A stretch of DNA of 64,000 bases, taken from assembly GCA_964416275.1 (NCBI GenBank), contig CAYQDU010000001.1:6830-70829 (forward strand), read 5' to 3'. The translations under genes were made by a program, and so were the position numbers. Below are positions 59,642 through 64,000 of the stretch, in pieces. The notes below the pieces were generated by a model, which saw nothing but the letters and a program-made list of their open reading frames with translations, was not told the origin of the DNA and did no database searches. The stretch comes from an uncultured Anaerolinea sp. (lineage in GTDB: Bacteria; Chloroflexota; Anaerolineae; Anaerolineales; UBA4823). Each line of letters begins with the position of its first letter. Within the stretch, counting starts at the first letter, position 1.

Positions 59642-60836
59642 AGAAGACGCTCACCCCATCGCTGGCCTGGCACAGATAGACCTGCGCCTGCCGCCCGGCG
59701 GCCTGAGCATAGCCGGCCTTCAGCCCGGCGATGAACGCCTCGGCCTGCGGGCGCTCCACCAGGTTCACCGTGCAGCCGCCAAAGCCCGCCCCGGTCAGCC
59801 GGGCGCCGATGCAGCCCGGCAGCCCCCGGCTCAGTTCCACCAGCGTATCCAACTCGGGCGTGCTGACCTCGTACAGGGTGCGCAGGCTGTTATGCCCGGC
59901 GTACAGCAGCGCCCCCAAGGCCTGCTTATCGCCGCGCTGCAGAGCGCTCAACGCCGATTGCACCCGCCCGATCTCCTTCACCACATGCTCGGCCCGCTTG
60001 CGCGCCATCTCGCTCAGATAGGGCGCATAGGCCGCAAACTCGGGCGTCGAAATATCGCGCAGCGAAGTGATCTGTGGGCGATAGGCCTGCAGCTCGCGCA
60101 CCGCCTGCTCGCAGGCCGCCCGGCGGTCGTTATAACCCGAATTCGTCAGGCTGCGCCGCACGCCCGAATCGGCGATCACGATAGCGATGCCCTCCGGGAT
60201 GGGCGCGGCCTGCCACGCCAGGCTGCGGGTATCGAAATACAGGGCCTGCCCGGCCTGCCCGCAGGCACAGGCAAACTGATCCATCAGCCCGCAGGCCAGG
60301 CCCACATAGGCGTTCTCGGCCCGCTGGCACAGGCGGGCCAGCTCCAGCCGGGTCGCCGACCAGCCCTCCAGCGCCTGCCAGGCAGCCGCAAAGCCCACCT
60401 CCACCGCCGCCGACGAGCTTAACCCCGCCCCAATCGGCACGTTCGATGTATATGCCGCCTGCAGGCCCCCCGCCCGCAGCTCGGCCTCGCCCAGCGCCCA
60501 GGCCACCCCGGCCGGGTATCGCGCCCAGCCCGGCAGGGCCGGGCCATCCGGGCGCAGGGCCAGATCCTCCGGGCGCAGCGAAACGCTTTGCTTCAAATCC
60601 AGGGCGTGCAGGTGCAGCCGCCCGTCTGGGCTGGGCGCAGCGGCAATATGCACCTCCCGGTCGATGGCGGCCGGCAGCACAGGCCCATCGTTATAATCCA
60701 CATGCTCGCCCAACAGATTCACCCGCCCCGGCGAGCGCACCATCACCGCCGGGGGCCGGCCAAACAGCCGGGCAAAATTCTGGCGCAGTTCATCGATGTC
60801 CATGCAGGGCAACTCCAATACGACTGGCTCAGCCAT
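59640..60836 (-). CDS. galK: Galactokinase
   Basis: Galactokinase signature GRVNLLGEHVDYNDGPVLPAAID. GHMP kinase motif PIGAGLSSSAA. C-terminal GARLTGAGFGGC. Confidence 0.9.
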   Translation of the reverse strand: MAEPVVLELPCMDIDELRQNFARLFGRPPAVMVRSPGRVNLLGEHVDYNDGPVLPAAIDREVHIAAAPSPDGRLHLHALDLKQSVSLRPEDLALRPDGPALPGWARYPAGVAWALGEAELRAGGLQAAYTSNVPIGAGLSSSAAVEVGFAAAWQALEGWSATRLELARLCQRAENAYVGLACGLMDQFACACGQAGQALYFDTRSLAWQAAPIPEGIAIVIADSGVRRSLTNSGYNDRRAACEQAVRELQAYRPQITSLRDISTPEFAAYAPYLSEMARKRAEHVVKEIGRVQSALSALQRGDKQALGALLYAGHNSLRTLYEVSTPELDTLVELSRGLPGCIGARLTGAGFGGCTVNLVERPQAEAFIAGLKAGYAQAAGRQAQVYLCQASDGVSVF

Positions 60837-60869
60837 GCGCCAGGCGCGCCGGTCGAGCAGCCGCTTTTA

Positions 60870-61457
60870 TTATATCGAGTCTTCCGGATTGGCCGAGAAA
60901 GCCATTATATCGTATGCGGGCGGAAACGCATACGCCCCCGGCGCGTCGGGCGGGGCCTGCTTGCGCTTGGCGCTCCAGCGCTGGATGTCCAGCCGGTAGA
61001 CCGCCACACCTTCCAGCTCGTCGGGCTGCATCGGGCGGTAATCCTGGCCCGGCTGCAGGTGAGGGGCGTACTTCGCCATCAGCAGCTTCAGCCCGTGCAT
61101 GGCCTCGGCCGGGTCGCTCACGATGCTTGCCTGCCCGTAGGCCACCACGCTGCTGTACTCGACGCTGAAACCGCGCGAGCGCGCCGCTGGGATCAGGCGG
61201 CCCATCTGGGCGGCGGTGAAGGCCACGCTGGCCCCATCCTGCAAGGCGGCATGCGTGCCGCCCTGGTCGGAACTGTGATAATAGATTGCCCGGCGGGCCG
61301 GATCGTAGACAAACAGGTTGGTGTTCAGCCGCGGCTGGCCGTCGCACACGCTGGCGGTCGTTCCAAACGGCGCGGCCTGCAAGAATTCTTCGATCCAGGC
61401 TGCATCTTCCACCGCCCGGTCTTTGCGGCGCACTTCGACAAATGTGGGGTCGTTCAT
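60870..61457 (-). CDS. Pyridoxamine 5'-phosphate oxidase-family flavoprotein (NimA/general-stress-26-like split barrel)
   Basis: The track ORF extends to 61742 through an RPG-rich shadow. ATG 61457 with SD AGGAG gives MNDPTFVEVRRKDRAVEDAAWIEEFLQAAPFGTTASV...AIYYHSS, typical of the family. Confidence 0.7.
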   Translation of the reverse strand: MNDPTFVEVRRKDRAVEDAAWIEEFLQAAPFGTTASVCDGQPRLNTNLFVYDPARRAIYYHSSDQGGTHAALQDGASVAFTAAQMGRLIPAARSRGFSVEYSSVVAYGQASIVSDPAEAMHGLKLLMAKYAPHLQPGQDYRPMQPDELEGVAVYRLDIQRWSAKRKQAPPDAPGAYAFPPAYDIMAFSANPEDSI

Positions 61458-61516
61458 CTCCAGGCTCCTCATACAAAAGAAGGTTCTTCCACCTGTGGGA
61501 GGGTCGCAGCCGGGCC

Positions 61517-63331
61517 TCAGCCCTGGTCTGCGCCCTCCCACAGGCGGCGCATCTCGGCGCAGGTTTCCAGCAGCTCGTCCAGCCGGCCCACCGCGACCAC
61601 CCGCCCGTCCTGCAGCACGATGATCTGGTCGGCCCGGCGCAAGGCCGGGCGGCGGTGCGAAACCGCCAGCACGGTAACCGCCCCGGCCGGCGGCACGGCC
61701 CCGGCCTGCAGCACGGCTCCCAGGCCGGCCACCCGCTCCCACAGGGTCTGCTCGGTCTCCACATCCAGCGCGCTGGAAATATCGTCGATCACCAACAGCT
61801 CGGGCTGGCGCACGAAAGCCCGCGCCGCGGCCGCCCGCTGGCGCTGCCCGCCCGAAAGCTTGACCCCCCTGGCCCCCACGATGGTATCCAGCCCGGCGGG
61901 CATCTGGGCCAGGTCGGGTTCCAGCACCGCCAGACGCACCGCCTGGGCCAGGGCCTCCCCGTCTGCGCCAGGCGGCGCGCCCATGAGAATATTATCCCGC
62001 AGGCTTTCGCTGAACAGGACCGGGGCCTGGGGGGTATAGGCGGCCCGCGGCGGGGTGAAGAACTCGGCCGGGCGCTCCACCGCCTGCCCGTTCCATGCCA
62101 CCCGCCCCTGGGCGGGCAGCAGGCCCAGCAGCGCCCGCAGCAGGGTGGTCTTGCCGGAACCGACCCGCCCGGTGACCACGGTGAAAGCGCCGCGCGGCAG
62201 ATCAAAGCTCACTCCCACCACGCCCTGGCTTGCGCCGGGGTACAGGTAGGTCAGATCGCGCACGCTCAGGCGTTCCAGGCGGTCGGCCGGGGTGCGGGCG
62301 GGGGGCGCGGCCTCGGGCAGCGGGCCGGAAAGATGCACCGGCGTGTGACGCACCAGATCGCCCGGCGCGGCGCCCTGCATCAGGCGCTGCATGCGCTCGA
62401 TTGACACCGCCACCTGGCGGTACCAGGCCAGCTTCTCGCCGAGGATGGCGGTGAAGTTCGAGACGTAATCCAGATAATACACGAAGATCGCCAGGTCGCC
62501 CACGCCGAACTGCCCGCCGCGCATAGCCCCGGCCGCCCCCAGCAACACGATCCCAGCCCCGATGTTCGACATATTGCGATACAGGGCGTTAAGCAGCTCG
62601 TTGAACAGGCGGTCTTTCACCGCCGCGCTGCGCCGGGCGTCGTTGATCTGGCGGAAACGGGCCATCACCCCGGCCTCGGCCGTGTTGGCCTGCACGGTCA
62701 GCGCCGCCCCGAACATCTCGGCGATAAACCCGGTCACCTGGCCGGCCGCCTCCCGGCTGGCTTCGCGGTAGCGCCCGACGGCGCTCATGGCCTGGTTGTC
62801 GATCACCAGCACGCGCAGCAGCGGGATCAGCAGCAGCAGGGTGACCGGCAGGTTGGTGCGGGCCATCACAATGAAGGCTGCCACGGCGAAGGCCCCGAAG
62901 GCCGGGGCGATCCACAGCTCGGCCATGAAGAAGGCCGTCTCTTGCACGTCTTCGCGGAAGCGGCTGACCGCCTCGCCGGGCGAATCCGGCACGGCCCCGG
63001 CCGCCGGGCGCTGCAGGATATGCTCGAACATATTCTGGCGTAGAAGCGCCTCCACCCGGTAGCGGAAGTTGAAATACAGCAGCACGTCGCCAAAGATGGC
63101 CGCCGCCCGCCCGGTGGCGATGCCCACCGTGATGGCCGCAAAGGCATACGGCCCCCAGGCCGCCGGGGCTGCCCCGCGGCTCAGGCTGTTGAAAAAGCCG
63201 CGGATCGCCAGGGCCGTAAGCTGCGGAAAGACGGCGAAGAAGAGCGCCTCGAAGGCTGCCAGGCCCAGGTACAGCCCTGGCCGGTAGCAGGCGATGCGCC
63301 ACAGGTACCACCCCGTCTTGGGCCTGTTCAT
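61517..63331 (-). CDS. ABC exporter, fused TMD-NBD subunit (type I exporter)
   Basis: Six N-terminal TM segments. Walker A GRVGSGKTTLL, signature LSGGQRQRAAAARA, Walker B LLVIDDISSALD. ATG 63331 overlaps the upstream stop (ATGA). Confidence 0.85.
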   Translation of the reverse strand: MNRPKTGWYLWRIACYRPGLYLGLAAFEALFFAVFPQLTALAIRGFFNSLSRGAAPAAWGPYAFAAITVGIATGRAAAIFGDVLLYFNFRYRVEALLRQNMFEHILQRPAAGAVPDSPGEAVSRFREDVQETAFFMAELWIAPAFGAFAVAAFIVMARTNLPVTLLLLIPLLRVLVIDNQAMSAVGRYREASREAAGQVTGFIAEMFGAALTVQANTAEAGVMARFRQINDARRSAAVKDRLFNELLNALYRNMSNIGAGIVLLGAAGAMRGGQFGVGDLAIFVYYLDYVSNFTAILGEKLAWYRQVAVSIERMQRLMQGAAPGDLVRHTPVHLSGPLPEAAPPARTPADRLERLSVRDLTYLYPGASQGVVGVSFDLPRGAFTVVTGRVGSGKTTLLRALLGLLPAQGRVAWNGQAVERPAEFFTPPRAAYTPQAPVLFSESLRDNILMGAPPGADGEALAQAVRLAVLEPDLAQMPAGLDTIVGARGVKLSGGQRQRAAAARAFVRQPELLVIDDISSALDVETEQTLWERVAGLGAVLQAGAVPPAGAVTVLAVSHRRPALRRADQIIVLQDGRVVAVGRLDELLETCAEMRRLWEGADQG

Positions 63332-64000
63332 ACCAGCGCCTCTTCCAACCCGGTTTCGAGCAGCCGCCGGAAGTGCGAGCCAGGGTCAGCCGCCAGGGCC
63401 GCTCGCGGCCCAAACTCGATGATCCGCCCCTGCTCCAGGGTCATGATCTGATCGGCGCGCTGCACCGTGCCGAGGCGGTGGGCCACGATCACCGCCGTGC
63501 GCCCCTGCCGCAGCCGGTCGATGGCCGCCTCGATGTGGGCCTCGCTGGCCGGGTCCAGCCGCGACGAAGCCTCGTCCAGGATCACCAGCCCGGGGTCGCG
63601 CAAAAAGATGCGGGCAAAGGCCAGCAGTTGGGCCTGCCCGGCCGAAAGCCCGCCCCCGCCCGATTCGAGGCGGGTATCCAGCCCGGCCGGCAGGCCGGCG
63701 TACCAGGCCCCCAGGCCCAGGTCTTCCAGCGCCGCCCGGATGCGCTCGTCGGAGATCGCCGGGTTGAAGAAGGTCAGGTTATCGCGCACGCTGGCGTTGA
63801 ACAATTGCACATTCTGAGGAATCATGCCCACCTGGCGGCGCAGAGCGGGCAGGGGCAAGGCCCGCAGATCGAGCCGCTCGCCGTTGGCCTCCAGGCGCAC
63901 CGCCCCGCGCTGGGGGTCGTACAGGCGGAACAACAGCCGGGTGAGGGTGGTCTTGCCACTGCCGGTGCGCCCCAACAGCCCCAGGGTTTGCCCGGCCTCC
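63328..64000 (-). CDS. ABC exporter, fused TMD-NBD subunit, C-terminal part (5' end outside window)
   Basis: The frame stays open to the window edge (EAGQTLGLLGRTGSGKTT). Walker A GRTGSGKTTL, signature LSAGQAQLLAFARI, Walker B LVILDEASSRLD. Likely heterodimer partner of 61517-63331. Confidence 0.85.
   Translation of the reverse strand, partial: EAGQTLGLLGRTGSGKTTLTRLLFRLYDPQRGAVRLEANGERLDLRALPLPALRRQVGMIPQNVQLFNASVRDNLTFFNPAISDERIRAALEDLGLGAWYAGLPAGLDTRLESGGGGLSAGQAQLLAFARIFLRDPGLVILDEASSRLDPASEAHIEAAIDRLRQGRTAVIVAHRLGTVQRADQIMTLEQGRIIEFGPRAALAADPGSHFRRLLETGLEEALV

Overview
GC-rich (by eye about two-thirds G+C, not computed) bacterial chromosomal window. I can support about 46 protein-coding genes and one tRNA-Val(CAC). 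I found no rRNA, no CRISPR array and no recognisable transposase, integrase or phage gene. The six-frame track is full of long Arg/Pro/Gly/Ala-rich shadow ORFs. I called the frame that carries recognisable motifs, signal peptides or Shine-Dalgarno (SD)-preceded starts, and moved several starts accordingly. Layout: 330-27358 is an unbroken minus-strand block. It holds (i) a six-gene signalling cluster (955-13345): soluble SPFH/coiled-coil protein, 382-aa orphan, S1-S1-REC-GAF histidine kinase, 1592-aa REC-7xGAF histidine kinase, REC-kinase-like (APH fold) fusion, and P-loop NTPase with OmpR-type wHTH. It also holds (ii) a 1936-aa zinc-ribbon/coiled-coil/roughly 45-50-TM membrane protein translationally coupled to a 195-aa membrane-anchored partner (13565-19959); (iii) a DUF58-TgpA transglutaminase pair with no MoxR ATPase in the window; (iv) an SRPBCC-PDZ-DinB fusion and a fused E1 alpha/beta 2-oxoacid dehydrogenase. 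27783-34045: metzincin protease, MATE/MOP-like transporter, MOSC protein, DksA/TraR-finger-SpoIIE phosphatase, methyltransferase, XRE regulator. 34437-44380: TetR-headed fatty-acid beta-oxidation operon. 44525-53856: secreted/membrane proteins, RecQ, a Tup-like tungstate ABC transporter. 53904-59546: secreted proteins (two tandem paralogs of an unassigned 4-Cys domain, a 12-Asp-box tandem beta-propeller protein) and tRNA-Val. 59640-64000: galK, a PNPOx-like flavoprotein, and a heterodimeric ABC exporter (last gene truncated by the window edge). Most of the longer intergenic spacers carry mosaics of short hairpin modules, a dispersed REP/MITE-like family seen at 9 or more loci, with compensatory stem substitutions between copies. 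Best candidates for something new: the SPFH/orphan/S1-kinase cluster, the giant membrane protein pair, the tandem 4-Cys secreted paralogs with a shared short C-terminal LPL tail, and the modular hairpin repeat family. The taxon cannot be established from the sequence alone; gene style is reminiscent of Chloroflexota, which is a guess.
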